Shown in pieces: positions 34,298 through 45,179 of a stretch of 64,000 nucleotides of DNA. The notes under the pieces are model-generated. The model searched no databases. It was given only the letters and a program-made list of their open reading frames with translations, and was not told the origin of the DNA. Position numbers and translations under genes: made by a program. Source of the stretch: Candidatus Woesearchaeota archaeon (lineage in GTDB: Archaea > Nanobdellota > Nanobdellia > Pacearchaeales > GW2011-AR1); contig CAZJAO010000001.1 in the NCBI GenBank assembly GCA_964544395.1, positions 41,185-105,184 of the forward strand. Reading direction: 5' to 3'. Position 1 is the first letter of the stretch. Every line of letters starts with the position of its first letter.

Positions 34298-36617
34298 AAA
34301 AGAAAATATTCAGTTGAAAGTAGTTGAAGCATTGCAAGATGATGCTTACAAAGGAGTAGCAAGAATAGACTCCGAAATGATGAGAGAATTGGATATAAGA
34401 CGTGGTGACCCAGTGATAATCAAAGGCGGAAGGGAAACAATTGCAATCGCAGACAGAGCTTATCCGGCTGATGTTGGAGAAGGAATAATTAGGATTGACG
34501 GTATTCTTAGAAAAAATGCAAAAACAGGAATTGGTGATGTTGTTACAATTTCTAAGGCAGATGTAAAAGAAGCAAAGAAAATAGTAATCGCTCCTGCCCA
34601 GCAAGGTGTAATGGTCCAGGGAGACCCTGAAGGATTGAAGAGAGGATTGCTTGGAAGACCAGTAATAAAAGGAGACGTATTAGTTCTCGGCGGAGTTCAA
34701 AGAAGAAAAGATTTGATGTCAGATGATTTCGGTGACATATTCGGGGATATAAATGATATACTTGGAAAAATGGGTTTCGGAGGAAATTTCGGCGGAGGAA
34801 TAACACAGATAAGATTTATTGTAGCATCAACAAATCCAAGTCAGGCGGTTCTCATTACAGAGAATACAGAAGTTTCTCTAAGTTCAAAAGCAGTTGAAAT
34901 ATCAGAAGAAAACATTCCTCAAATTAATTACGAAGATATTGGTGGATTAAGTGAAGAAATAAGAAAAATCAGAGAAATGGTAGAAATTCCATTAAAACAT
35001 CCTGAACTTTTCAGAAAATTAGGAATTGAAGCACCAAAAGGAGTTTTGCTTCATGGCTCTCCTGGAACAGGAAAAACTTTATTAGCAAAAGCTGTTGCAA
35101 ATGAATCAGAAGCAAATTTCATTTTATTAAATGGTCCTGAAATAATGTCAAAGTTTTATGGTGAATCTGAAAAGAAAATCAGGGATATCTTTGAAGAGGC
35201 AGAAAAAACAGCACCATCAATTATTTTCATAGATGAAATAGATGCTATTGCACCAAAGAGAGAAGAAACACAAGGCGAAGTTGAAAGGCGTGTTGTTTCC
35301 CAAATTCTTACAATGATGGACGGTCTTAAGTCTCGTGGAAAAGTTATTGTTATAGGAGCAACAAACAGAATTAATTCTATTGACCCTGCATTAAGAAGAC
35401 CAGGAAGATTTGACAGGGAAATAGAAATCTCTGTCCCAAGAAAAGAAGGAAGATTAGCAATTCTTAAAATCCATACAAGAAATATGCCTCTTACAAAAGA
35501 TGTAAAGCTAGAGGAATTAGCAGCAGTAACTCATGGTTTTGTCGGTGCAGATTTAGAATCTTTAACAAAAGAAGCGGCAATGAATGTCCTTAGAAAATTC
35601 CTTCCCCAAATAAAACTGGACAAGGAAGAAGAAATCCCAATGGAAGTATTGGAGAAAATGACAGTTAAGCATGAAGATTTCATAGAGGCACTTAAAGTTG
35701 TTCGTCCTTCTGCTATGAGAGAGGTTCTTGTTGAAAATCCAAATGTCGAATGGGAACATGTCGGCGGATTGGAGAGCATAAAACAGGAATTGAAAGAAGC
35801 TGTTGAATGGCCTATGAAGAGACCAGAAAGTTTCACAAGAATGGGAATCCGTCCTTCTCGTGGAATCTTGCTTTATGGTCCTCCTGGAACAGGTAAGACT
35901 CTTTTGGCAAAGGCAGTTGCAACAGAATCAGAAGCAAATTTCATTCAGGTCAAAGGCCCATCATTGTTAAGCATGTGGGTTGGAAAATCTGAAGAAGGAG
36001 TAAGAAAAATATTCGAAAGAGCAAGACAGGTAGCTCCATGCATTATCTTCTTTGATGAAATTGATGCATTAGCGGGAGCGAGAGGAATGGATAATGGAAC
36101 AAAAGTAACAGAAAGAGTTTTGAACCAGTTACTAGCAGAAATGGATGGTCTTGAAAATTTAAGCAATGTTATTGTCATTGGTGCTACAAATAGACCAGAT
36201 ATGTTGGATCGGGCTTTACTAAGACCTGGAAGATTTGATAAGATTCTTCTTGTTGATGCACCAAATGAAAAAGCAAGAGAAAATATTTTGAAGATTCATA
36301 CAAGGAGTATGCCTCTTGGCGATGAAAAAAAATTATTGACTGAAAAAGAAAGACACACACTTTTATCGGAGCTTGCAACTCAAACAGAAGGTTATACTGG
36401 TGCAGACATGGAATCTTTGGCAAGGGAAGCAGCAATGCTCGCTCTGAGGGAATCAGCAGATGCGATATATGTTCAAAAGAAACATTTTGAAGAAGCATTG
36501 AACAAAGTTCGCCCAAGTGTTACAAAATCAACATTAGATGTTTACAAGAAGATGGAAGAGAATTTCATCAAGTCAGCAAGAGTTGCGATTCCCACAAGTG
36601 GGAGTTATTTGGGGTAA
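34287..36617 (+). CDS. cdc48: Cdc48/VCP-like AAA+ ATPase (N-domain plus two AAA modules)
   Basis: two Walker A boxes ([16 protein letters not shown]; [16 protein letters not shown]), two Walker B (IIFIDEIDA; IIFFDEIDA), SRH regions; N-terminal double-psi barrel region; 776 aa. Confidence 0.9.
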   Translation: MATKKENIQLKVVEALQDDAYKGVARIDSEMMRELDIRRGDPVIIKGGRETIAIADRAYPADVGEGIIRIDGILRKNAKTGIGDVVTISKADVKEAKKIVIAPAQQGVMVQGDPEGLKRGLLGRPVIKGDVLVLGGVQRRKDLMSDDFGDIFGDINDILGKMGFGGNFGGGITQIRFIVASTNPSQAVLITENTEVSLSSKAVEISEENIPQINYEDIGGLSEEIRKIREMVEIPLKHPELFRKLGIEAPKGVLLHGSPGTGKTLLAKAVANESEANFILLNGPEIMSKFYGESEKKIRDIFEEAEKTAPSIIFIDEIDAIAPKREETQGEVERRVVSQILTMMDGLKSRGKVIVIGATNRINSIDPALRRPGRFDREIEISVPRKEGRLAILKIHTRNMPLTKDVKLEELAAVTHGFVGADLESLTKEAAMNVLRKFLPQIKLDKEEEIPMEVLEKMTVKHEDFIEALKVVRPSAMREVLVENPNVEWEHVGGLESIKQELKEAVEWPMKRPESFTRMGIRPSRGILLYGPPGTGKTLLAKAVATESEANFIQVKGPSLLSMWVGKSEEGVRKIFERARQVAPCIIFFDEIDALAGARGMDNGTKVTERVLNQLLAEMDGLENLSNVIVIGATNRPDMLDRALLRPGRFDKILLVDAPNEKARENILKIHTRSMPLGDEKKLLTEKERHTLLSELATQTEGYTGADMESLAREAAMLALRESADAIYVQKKHFEEALNKVRPSVTKSTLDVYKKMEENFIKSARVAIPTSGSYLG

Positions 36618-36648
36618 AACTAATAAATAGAAAATTCCTTCTTCAGTT

Positions 36649-37425
36649 ATGAAAATCCTGACAATTGGCGACCCGCATGGAGATTTGGAAAAAATCAAGA
36701 AAATTCCTATGAATGGAATTGAATTAATTCTTCTGACAGGAGATTTGGGTAAAGCGGATTTGGCAAGAAAAAGATTCTTTGAGAATATTGAAAGAAAGAA
36801 AAATGGACTTAAAGAGTTAAAATATGATGCTGAACTCTCTAAAAATGTAGCTAAACAAATATATGATTCCACTATCGAAATTCTAAACTATTTGGTTAAA
36901 TTTGCTCCAGTCTATTCTATTACTGAAAATGTTTGGATGTCTGATGAATGGGCTAGAAAGGATGAAAAGAAATTTGGAATTAAACTGCCACATCTGCATG
37001 AAGATTTTAAAAAAATTAAGAATTTCAATTTAGTTAAGAATCGAATTAGAAACATTAAAGGGCTAAAAATTGGTTTCTTGGAATATTTCGTAGACAATTG
37101 TTGGATAAAAGAATTTGAAGAAAAAGATAAGAAAGCAATAAAGAGAGCTAAAAAACAAACGGAGAAAGCAAAGAAAATTCTGGAACGATTTGGGTCAAAT
37201 ATAAATTTCTTGATTTGTCATCAACCCCCTTACAAATTTCTGGATGAAGTTAATTGGAATAAAGGAAAACACGCAGGAAGTGAAGTGATATTAGATTATA
37301 TCAAAAAATATCAACCAAGATATGTTTTCTGCGGGCACATACATGAAGGTGAGGGCGAAGCAAAAATCGGAAAAACTGAAGTTTACAATCTTGGAGTAGC
37401 AGGACATAAAATTATTTCATTATAA
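36649..37425 (+). CDS. calcineurin-like metallophosphoesterase
   Basis: ILTIGDPHGD, LILLTGDLG, ICHQPP, CGHIHEGEG motifs; 258 aa. Confidence 0.75.
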   Translation: MKILTIGDPHGDLEKIKKIPMNGIELILLTGDLGKADLARKRFFENIERKKNGLKELKYDAELSKNVAKQIYDSTIEILNYLVKFAPVYSITENVWMSDEWARKDEKKFGIKLPHLHEDFKKIKNFNLVKNRIRNIKGLKIGFLEYFVDNCWIKEFEEKDKKAIKRAKKQTEKAKKILERFGSNINFLICHQPPYKFLDEVNWNKGKHAGSEVILDYIKKYQPRYVFCGHIHEGEGEAKIGKTEVYNLGVAGHKIISL

Positions 37426-37480
37426 CAATAAGTTTCTAAGTAGTAAGAAAGAATTTAAACCGTTTAGTCTCTATTTATTT

Positions 37481-40400
37481 ATGAAAAAGGGGAAGATAAT
37501 AGTATTAGTTTTATCCTTGATATTTCTCTCTTTAATCTTTTATTTTTTTATAGAAAATGTTAGTGCCGTTATCACAGATTATACTCTTTCATTTGTAAGC
37601 CCCACTCCGGGAAATGGAGCTATCACGAATAAAATTGAAATAAATGCCTCAATAACAAACGCTTCTGATTTAAGCATGATAAACTACGACTGGAATGGAA
37701 CAAATTATACCGCCTATAATAATAGTTTAATTCTTATGATGAATTTCGAGAATATTTCTGCATTAGGAGAAAATAGTACCAATGTTGTAGACTTGAGCAA
37801 CAGATGGAACAATGCAACTTGTACTGGCACCACATGCCCGATATGGAATTCGTCGGGAAGATACGGAGGCGCTTTCACTTATAATGGAATAGATCAAAGA
37901 TTCTTAATCAACACCACTAATAATCCATTGCAAAATTTTACTGAATTTACTATCGGAACGTGGGTTTATATAAACGATTTTGGCTCAAATAATAACACAC
38001 TTATTATCAGCAACTGGAACAATTTTGTCGTTAAAAAAGGTTTTTTGCTTAGAATTATTCGTGATGACCCTCTCAATAATTATTGGTCCTTGAATCTAAA
38101 TAATGGGACGGATTCCTTTAATATAGGTACAACTCCAAAGCTTAATGATTCTGATTTTAGTTCTAGATATAAACAAAAATGGCTTTATGTTGTAGCTACG
38201 TACAAATCAGGCCAGTTTGGAGAGATATACATCAATGGAGTTCTCTTGATAAATAGGACTGGCACCGCTGTCCCAAATATATTTGTACCGGACCCCAATT
38301 TAACTTATTTAGGCTGGAGCGGAGTAAATGCAGGATATTTTAATGGAAGTATAGACTCTGTTAAGATTTGGAATCGTTCCCTGAGCACGGCAGAAATTCA
38401 GCAAGAGTATATAACAAATCTGAATAAATATGCTTCCAGTAATTGGAGCTTATACGTAAATCAAAGTTCAAACAACCCTCAGAAAATAGCTGATGGAAAT
38501 TATACATATTATGCTTCTGTAAAAGATAGCGTAGGAAGCGAACTATTAAGCGGGACAAGAAGTGTTGACTTTATTTCAGTTGTTTCTTATTCTAATTTCA
38601 TAAATAATTTATCATTCCAAGGACAAGGGGCCAGAGCAGGAGACACTGTGCTTTTCAATGCTACTTTATCTGCTGTTGGTGGATTAGTGGGTTATATTAC
38701 TAGTTGTAATTTCACAGGCAATGATTCTTACGTTCCAATTTCAGGAATATCTTATAACTTAAATTTTGTAAAAATTGCAAATCTAAGTGAAGGAAGCGTG
38801 GGATGTTGTTCGGTTTGGTTCAATGATACTCTTGGTAATTCTAATCAGACATCTAATTCCTGTTTTAGCATGAAATCAAGAACCCAAATAAACATAGATT
38901 ATACTTCTCTCGATCATCCTATAAATAATATGATTTTTGGACAGGGTATTTACGGAAATACTTTCATGATGCAAAGGATATTTACCCCAACAGGATATAA
39001 TAGCACTTATCTTCCAACAACACAATCAATGGGTATCACGAATATAAGATTTAATACCGGAGGCGGGGATTATGATTGGAGTTTATATGCAAATAATGCC
39101 ACTAGTGAATCGAATTATAGAAGGTGGAGGAACTATAGCATCTTCCTCACAGGCCAGGAACCTACATTCGTCCTCTCAATACAAGACCCGTACAATTTAT
39201 CTAACTTAGTCGCTTGGGTGAATGATTCTGTTCAGCAGAAATTTAATATAACTAATTGGGAAATAGGCAATGAATTATATCTAAGTGCTCTATGCAATGG
39301 AAGTCAAAATGTAACATGCTTTGCATTAAGAATAAAAGAAGTTTGTGCTGCAATTAAGCAAGTAAAACCAGATGTAAAATGCGGGTTAACCTTGAGTCCG
39401 CTTAGCAATAGTTTTGCTTATGGATACACAGGTATAAATGATTGGAATACTAATCTTTTGAGCATTGCAGGCAATTATACGGATTTTGTTTCCTTGCATT
39501 ATTATTCTCCTAATTTCTATTTTGATATGAAGTCTTGGTTTTCATCAAATCCTTCAACTTATAGTTTTAATGTCAATGGGAATACTAATTATTCTGCTAG
39601 TGTAAATGTAAAATCGCAGACCTGTTGTGAAGCGTCGGATTGCTTCCCCGATATACAAATTAAAGTAGATGGTAATCAAGTATTATTAGCTAACGTTACA
39701 ACTAACACAACGTTTGGAATATATAACACTCCATATAATCTTAGTTTATCCGCAGGAACACATAACATAACCGTAGATGAACAAGATAGTTATCAAAATC
39801 AGACTTCTAATTGTAAAAAAGCTATATTTGTTGCAAATTTGTCTGTAACAAATACTACTGAAATGGTTCCAGTAAGCTTGTGGGATGTAAGAAATTGGAC
39901 TTATAGCATGTTTGCAACAACAGATACAATAATAAAAACAAATTTGGCAAATATAAAATACAATATTACAAATTTGGTTAATCACTCAATGGACATTAAG
40001 CTTACAGAGTATAATTTCCAATATTGCGGGGCAAGTGCTTGCTTTTCATCACCAGTATTTACGCAATACGATTGGAGAGGAAATTTACTTACGGCTATGG
40101 AATTAAATACATGGTTGCAGGGAAATATCAGCCAAGCAGATTTATGGACAGATGCAACCCAATTTGCAAATGGAGGAGAATATTTCAGATATGTAAGCGG
40201 AGATGGAACCGTCAAATATCCACAGTATTACCTACTAAATCTTTATTCAAGCAAAACAGGAAATTATTATGCAAATTATACGACAACAAATCTGGATTTG
40301 TACAATACCTCTACCATTGTAGACCCAACTTTTTCTCCAAATGCAACAAATGAACCTTTCTTGTCTATTGCGCCAAGTAAAGATACAATTAAGCATGAAT

Positions 40401-41143
40401 ATGACCTCGCAATTGTAAATAGAAATCAGGATGATGATGAATTAGTTCAAATAAATCTTAATAATGATACACCTTTAGATAGTACAACTTATGTAACTGT
40501 TTTGACCGCAAACAATCTAAGTTCGCATCCTTATTTAGATGGTATTAATATTGCCCCATACTATAATTCAATAAGCTCAGCAACTTCGTTCAATTATACA
40601 ATACCAAAATACTCTGTAGTGTTTTTTGAGACAGGATACAAGGCAATTCCTGCCTCGGTATTACCAGTATATTATCAATCCTTTACTTTAAATCAGACAC
40701 AGTTAGAATCGGGGCAAAACTATGATATACTTCTTCTAAAAAACGGAATAGCACAATTTAGTTTTGAGGGTGTGAATCATACTATAAAATTAGATGATAT
40801 AATTAACAAAACTGCAATACTTACAGTTTCAAGCCTCCCAACAACCTTCAATTTAACAGTTAATGAAACTAAAAAAATAAACTTAAATGGTGATAATTAT
40901 TATGATTTACAGGTTCTATTAAATGATATTAATGATTATACCGCCGTCTTAACTCTTAACTTTATAAAAGAGGCTATCCCTCCTGGAGAATCAGGGAGCG
41001 CAAGTCCAAATCAAGTACAGATTGCAGGATTAAAAATCGATAAATCAGTATTATATTACGTAGGAGCAGGAATTCTAATTATTTGCCTTGTCCTTCTTTA
41101 TTTTATCTTAAAGAAAGGTAAAAAGAAAAAAGGTAAAAAATAA
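37481..41143 (+). CDS. giant surface protein: signal peptide, LamG/ConA-like lectin domain, a GH clan-A-like (W-E-I-G-N-E) TIM-barrel region, long N-glycosylation-rich extension, C-terminal TM anchor and Lys-rich tail
   Basis: N-terminal signal/TM; LamG_3-type signature ...YINGVLL...FNGSIDSVKIWNRSLSTAEIQQEY; NITNWEIGNELY resembles the acid/base strand of GH5/30/39/79-type hydrolases; very many NxS/T sequons; C-terminal hydrophobic helix followed by KKGKKKKGKK. Confidence 0.55.
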   Translation: MKKGKIIVLVLSLIFLSLIFYFFIENVSAVITDYTLSFVSPTPGNGAITNKIEINASITNASDLSMINYDWNGTNYTAYNNSLILMMNFENISALGENSTNVVDLSNRWNNATCTGTTCPIWNSSGRYGGAFTYNGIDQRFLINTTNNPLQNFTEFTIGTWVYINDFGSNNNTLIISNWNNFVVKKGFLLRIIRDDPLNNYWSLNLNNGTDSFNIGTTPKLNDSDFSSRYKQKWLYVVATYKSGQFGEIYINGVLLINRTGTAVPNIFVPDPNLTYLGWSGVNAGYFNGSIDSVKIWNRSLSTAEIQQEYITNLNKYASSNWSLYVNQSSNNPQKIADGNYTYYASVKDSVGSELLSGTRSVDFISVVSYSNFINNLSFQGQGARAGDTVLFNATLSAVGGLVGYITSCNFTGNDSYVPISGISYNLNFVKIANLSEGSVGCCSVWFNDTLGNSNQTSNSCFSMKSRTQINIDYTSLDHPINNMIFGQGIYGNTFMMQRIFTPTGYNSTYLPTTQSMGITNIRFNTGGGDYDWSLYANNATSESNYRRWRNYSIFLTGQEPTFVLSIQDPYNLSNLVAWVNDSVQQKFNITNWEIGNELYLSALCNGSQNVTCFALRIKEVCAAIKQVKPDVKCGLTLSPLSNSFAYGYTGINDWNTNLLSIAGNYTDFVSLHYYSPNFYFDMKSWFSSNPSTYSFNVNGNTNYSASVNVKSQTCCEASDCFPDIQIKVDGNQVLLANVTTNTTFGIYNTPYNLSLSAGTHNITVDEQDSYQNQTSNCKKAIFVANLSVTNTTEMVPVSLWDVRNWTYSMFATTDTIIKTNLANIKYNITNLVNHSMDIKLTEYNFQYCGASACFSSPVFTQYDWRGNLLTAMELNTWLQGNISQADLWTDATQFANGGEYFRYVSGDGTVKYPQYYLLNLYSSKTGNYYANYTTTNLDLYNTSTIVDPTFSPNATNEPFLSIAPSKDTIKHEYDLAIVNRNQDDDELVQINLNNDTPLDSTTYVTVLTANNLSSHPYLDGINIAPYYNSISSATSFNYTIPKYSVVFFETGYKAIPASVLPVYYQSFTLNQTQLESGQNYDILLLKNGIAQFSFEGVNHTIKLDDIINKTAILTVSSLPTTFNLTVNETKKINLNGDNYYDLQVLLNDINDYTAVLTLNFIKEAIPPGESGSASPNQVQIAGLKIDKSVLYYVGAGILIICLVLLYFILKKGKKKKGKK

Positions 41144-42148
41144 TTATTTAGTTGTAACTTCTACTTTACCTTTTTCAATAATAACAGTATGTTCAGCTTG
41201 AGCGACATTTCTATGCGAAACTTCAATCAGCTGTGAAAACTGATGAAGATTTCCATTGTCTTCCAGTTGTTTTAATCCGAACATCGCGCCCTGTCCGAAT
41301 TCTTTTACAATCCACCTAGAACAGAAAGGCAATGTTGAATATTTGTCAATTACAAAATCGAGAATCTTTCTTGCAATCGGACTTCTTACATTCTTTTCAT
41401 CAATCAGTTCATAAATGCCTGAAGGTTTTCCGTCATAAATTCTTCCGTTTCCAAAAGTTGCGAAAGGTTCTATTGCATAAATTCCTTCTTCAAACTTCTC
41501 TCTTGTTCCGCTGTTATAATTTGGAACTGAAAAGCCTGCATGCAATTCATAATGTGAGATAGAATGACCCGTCAGGTTCGTGATTGGAAAAGCCTTGTAA
41601 GATTCCATTGTTTTCTGAATCTCTTTTCCAACTTCATTAATTGACTTTCCTTCTCCGACAATTTTCAGGGCATTATCAAGAGCTTTTTCAGCAGCAAGAA
41701 TTAATTTTTTATTTTCATCATTTCCTTCTAAATCAAAAGAAAGAGAAGTATCTGCAATCCATCCATCAATATGAACTCCAAAATCAACTTTCAGCAAACC
41801 ATGGGCTTTTGTTTGGTCATCAAAAGCAGGAGTGTAGTGTGCGGCAACATCATTAATGCTCAAATTCACGGGAAAGGCAGGCTTTCCATCAAGCTGGATA
41901 ATTCTTCTCTCAATTTTTTCTGCCAGGTCTATTAAAAGCATGTCTTTTTTCACAATTTCCTTGACATATTCTCTGATTTCAGAAGTGATATGTCCTGCCT
42001 TCAATATTTTTTGCTTGTCAAAATCAATTTCATCCAATCCTTTTTTTTGTTTTTTGTCTTTTTCAGAGAATTCCAAACTGGAACTTGACTTTGCTTCTTT
42101 TATCTGTTTTCTGAAAGGTGCCGCGCCCCCATAATTCTTTTCAGTCAT
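41144..42148 (-). CDS. map: methionine aminopeptidase, type 2 (M24A) with a Lys-rich N-terminal extension
   Basis: pita-bread fold metal ligands and MetAP2-type spacing (AAHYTP, VDFGVHIDGWIADTS, HSISHYELH, EPFATFG); the ORF-track start at 42160 is TTG, the ATG at 42148 is used; ~45-aa charged/Lys-rich N-terminal extension. Confidence 0.85.
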   Translation of the reverse strand: MTEKNYGGAAPFRKQIKEAKSSSSLEFSEKDKKQKKGLDEIDFDKQKILKAGHITSEIREYVKEIVKKDMLLIDLAEKIERRIIQLDGKPAFPVNLSINDVAAHYTPAFDDQTKAHGLLKVDFGVHIDGWIADTSLSFDLEGNDENKKLILAAEKALDNALKIVGEGKSINEVGKEIQKTMESYKAFPITNLTGHSISHYELHAGFSVPNYNSGTREKFEEGIYAIEPFATFGNGRIYDGKPSGIYELIDEKNVRSPIARKILDFVIDKYSTLPFCSRWIVKEFGQGAMFGLKQLEDNGNLHQFSQLIEVSHRNVAQAEHTVIIEKGKVEVTTK

Positions 42149-42203
42149 GTTAATAATCAATATTTTAGGCTTTTAAATTTGTGGTTCTGCTTTCAACTTC
42201 CCG

Positions 42204-42671
42204 CTAGGTGCTGAAGGTTCTGCTTTTAAGTCTTCGCATTTTAGGAACAAAGTTCCCAATCTTCTCTTCAGATGCCTTTCCGCAACCCAAAAAGTTATCC
42301 TTATATTTCATAACCAAGAAATTCTTCTTGCCTGTTTTGATGTTCAGTTCCTGCCCTTGCATCCATTTTGTTGCTTGCTCTTCATCTATTTCAAAAATGT
42401 TCTTTTTAATCTGATTTTTCAAAGCTTGTGTTCCTTCAATGTTCAATTTCACGTCATTCCTTATTAATTTTGCAAAATAAACCCCTAATCTTTCAACAGG
42501 GACAATTTCTTCCAGTTTCTTTATCTCTTCATTGGTTGCATCACCCGTAAATAAAAATAATTTTTCCTCACCAAGTTTCATAATTCTTCCTGAAAAGTGC
42601 TCTACTCCAAATTGTTCTCTTAAAAACTTTGCAACATTGTGCCATTCTTTGGTGTTTAGTATTTCTATCAT
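42204..42671 (-). CDS. hypothetical protein, possibly a PUA-like RNA-binding partner of the adjacent NSUN methyltransferase
   Basis: 155 aa; C-terminal NFLVMKYKDNFLGCGKA is vaguely PUA-like; sits immediately downstream of the Nop2/Sun gene on the same strand; weak. Confidence 0.3.
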   Translation of the reverse strand: MIEILNTKEWHNVAKFLREQFGVEHFSGRIMKLGEEKLFLFTGDATNEEIKKLEEIVPVERLGVYFAKLIRNDVKLNIEGTQALKNQIKKNIFEIDEEQATKWMQGQELNIKTGKKNFLVMKYKDNFLGCGKASEEKIGNFVPKMRRLKSRTFST

Positions 42672-42679
42672 ATTTATTC

Positions 42680-43636
42680 TTATTTTATCTTCCTAAATTT
42701 AGTTATGAAAAATCCCTCTGTGTTATTATCAAAAGGAAAGACTCTGCACGCAAATTTAACTTTTTCTGAAAATTCCTTGTCTTGCCATTTTGTAATACCT
42801 TGATGAGTTTTAAGAGGAAGAGCAATTTTTTCAATTTCTATTTGCTCTGGAAATTCTTTCAAAACAAAGTCTGCAACTTCTTCATCTTCTTCGGGACCAT
42901 AAGTGCAGGTTGAATAGACAACTTCTCCACCAACCTTTAGAAGTTTAATTGCAGAAGAAATTAATCTTTTTTGCAAAGAGGACATTTTCTTTATTCCATT
43001 TGGATTCCACATCAAGGCTGTTTTCGGATTTGCTCTCAAAGTTCCTTCTCCAGTGCAGGGGGCGTCTACAAGAATTTTATCAAATTCAAATCCATTTTCG
43101 AATAATTTATTGCATAAAGCAGTTCCTTCTTTTCTTGTAACAATTACATTGCTTACACCACATCTTTCAAGATTGGAAGAAAGAATCTTCATTCTTCCAA
43201 AATCCGGCTCATTTGCAATAATCAATCCAGTATTTTTCATGAAAGAAGCCATCTCTGTTGTCTTGCTTCCTGGTGAAGCACATAAATCCAAAACTCTTTC
43301 ATTTGCCTGGGGGTTCAAAGCAATTATTGGGAGCATGCTGGAAATTTCCTGAACATAATAATATCCAAGAAGATGTTCAAAGGTTCTTCCTATTTCCCCT
43401 GGTTCTAATTGTGATTCAATGACCATAATTTCAGGATGAGAATGAATTGGCTGATTTATTTTCCAGCCCTTGTCTTCCAGTTCTTTCTTTAGTTTATCAG
43501 GAGAAATCTTAAGTTCATTTACCCTTATCGAGCTTAGGGGTCTTTGTTCCAAAGAAGAAACAAATTTTTCAAAATCATCCCCAAGTAGAGTTTTCATTCT
43601 ATTTTCAAATTCTGGTTTAAGAGGATACTTTTGCAT
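42680..43636 (-). CDS. NOL1/NOP2/Sun-family RNA (cytosine-C5)-methyltransferase
   Basis: SAM motif I VLDLCASPGSKT, motif IV DKILVDAPCTGEGT (catalytic Cys), motif VI Cys (VYSTCT). Confidence 0.9.
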   Translation of the reverse strand: MQKYPLKPEFENRMKTLLGDDFEKFVSSLEQRPLSSIRVNELKISPDKLKKELEDKGWKINQPIHSHPEIMVIESQLEPGEIGRTFEHLLGYYYVQEISSMLPIIALNPQANERVLDLCASPGSKTTEMASFMKNTGLIIANEPDFGRMKILSSNLERCGVSNVIVTRKEGTALCNKLFENGFEFDKILVDAPCTGEGTLRANPKTALMWNPNGIKKMSSLQKRLISSAIKLLKVGGEVVYSTCTYGPEEDEEVADFVLKEFPEQIEIEKIALPLKTHQGITKWQDKEFSEKVKFACRVFPFDNNTEGFFITKFRKIK

Positions 43637-43669
43637 AAAAAATAAAAAGGATATGCGTTTAATAACTTA

Positions 43670-44530
43670 ATGAAAGAAGAGGTAAAAAGGGTAAAAGCTC
43701 CTGTTAGAATAGACTTTGGAGGGGGAACGACAGATGTTCAGCCTTTCCCAAAAATGCACGGTGGTGCAGTTCTAAATGCTTCTATAAACAGATACATTAT
43801 AGGGGAGCTCAAATCAAGTGATAAAAAAGTTTCCTTGTCTTATTCCGGAAATATTCCTACTTCTTCGGGGCTTGGAACAAGCGGAGTAATGAATCTCGTC
43901 TGGCTTTCACTAATCAGCAAAAAAAAGTTTGCAGATGAAAATGATAAAATCTCTCTTGCAGAAGAAACATACAAATTAGAGCAGATAACAGGTTTGATTG
44001 GTGGAAAACAAGACCAATATGCAGGCGCTCTCGGAGGAATAAACTTTTTGGAATTTAATGATAACAAAGTAAAAATCCATAGATTAAAATTAAAACCAGC
44101 CTTTGTGAAAAAATTAGAGAATAATTTGATTCTTGTTTATACCGGCAAACCCCACTTCTCGGGGAACACTAATGGCAAAATGATTGAAGGATTAAAAAGC
44201 GGGAAAAAGGTAAAAAATTTTCTTAACATAAAAAGAATAGCAATCGAAATGAAAAATGCCCTTGAGAAAGAAGATTTGTACAGTTTTGCAGAATTGTTAA
44301 ATGAAGAAACAGAAGAAAGAGAAAAACTCAATCCAGACATAGTTCCATCAAAAATAAAGGAAATGATTACGCTTGCAAAGAAAAACGGAGCGATAGCAGC
44401 TAAAATTTGCGGTTCAGGTGGTGGAGGCTGTATTTTGTTCTTCGGAGACAAGCAAAAAATAAGAAAAATTTTCAAGGAAAAATGCATCGATTTCAAGTTC
44501 GATTTTGAAGGTTTGCATTGGATAAAATAA
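43670..44530 (+). CDS. GHMP-family small-molecule kinase (substrate unassigned)
   Basis: GHMP motif 2 PTSSGLGTSGVMNLVWLS; C-terminal glycine-rich KICGSGGGGCILFF; 286 aa. Confidence 0.65.
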   Translation: MKEEVKRVKAPVRIDFGGGTTDVQPFPKMHGGAVLNASINRYIIGELKSSDKKVSLSYSGNIPTSSGLGTSGVMNLVWLSLISKKKFADENDKISLAEETYKLEQITGLIGGKQDQYAGALGGINFLEFNDNKVKIHRLKLKPAFVKKLENNLILVYTGKPHFSGNTNGKMIEGLKSGKKVKNFLNIKRIAIEMKNALEKEDLYSFAELLNEETEEREKLNPDIVPSKIKEMITLAKKNGAIAAKICGSGGGGCILFFGDKQKIRKIFKEKCIDFKFDFEGLHWIK

Positions 44531-44582
44531 TTCTGATTTTTTAGTTCGCAAAGTTTAAATAATCATTTCTTGGAGAGATAAA

Positions 44583-45179
44583 ATGGAAGGAGAAAGGCAA
44601 TTATATGCAAGAAGTGAAGGTACTGCTGTTACTCTTAGAAAACTTCCCGTCTCTTATTATGGAGAAGCATTTGCAGGGAAAAAATCGGATTTGGTAAGTT
44701 ATAATGACGGTTCAAGAAAGTTAAAAGCTGATGCACTATGTTATATAGAAGACGAGAGAACTTCTGTTACTAGCAAAGTGTTATTCAGAGTAAACCCACA
44801 GAGAATTGTAAGGACAAGTGATTCTCCTCTTGTTGAGAAGATTGCAGTTGGTAAAGGAGAGCTAGAGTTTAGAGTAAAAGATGGGCAGATGTATGTTTGT
44901 TCAAGAAATAAAAGCGGAACAACGACTTATGAAATTTCCAAAGAGCTGGCGAGGGGCATAGCTCCAGAAGAGGCACTTAGAAATGCAGAAGCAAGTGTTT
45001 TAGCAGATCTTGAAATGAGGAGAAGGCAAGCGGAAATGAGACTGAGTTTGGCTAATTACAATAGAAAGCAATTAGTTTTGGAAAGATTAAGAAAAGCAAG
45101 AAATAATGCGGAGATTGATGATGAGACTCTAAATGGAGTCCTGAAACAATTGGCTGCAAGAGAAAGAGACGCTGCTTAA
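44583..45179 (+). CDS. hypothetical protein with atypical Arg/Ala/Glu-rich composition
   Basis: 198 aa; uses Arg rather than Lys and is visibly GC-richer than neighbours; no recognisable motif; converges on the polB 3' end with a 4-nt overlap. Confidence 0.4.
   Translation: MEGERQLYARSEGTAVTLRKLPVSYYGEAFAGKKSDLVSYNDGSRKLKADALCYIEDERTSVTSKVLFRVNPQRIVRTSDSPLVEKIAVGKGELEFRVKDGQMYVCSRNKSGTTTYEISKELARGIAPEEALRNAEASVLADLEMRRRQAEMRLSLANYNRKQLVLERLRKARNNAEIDDETLNGVLKQLAARERDAA

Noticed and set aside
42181-42236. Short direct repeat ggttctgcttt x2 near the 3' end of ORF 42204-42671
   Set aside because: Only two 11-nt copies, partly coding; no further structure or partner elsewhere.
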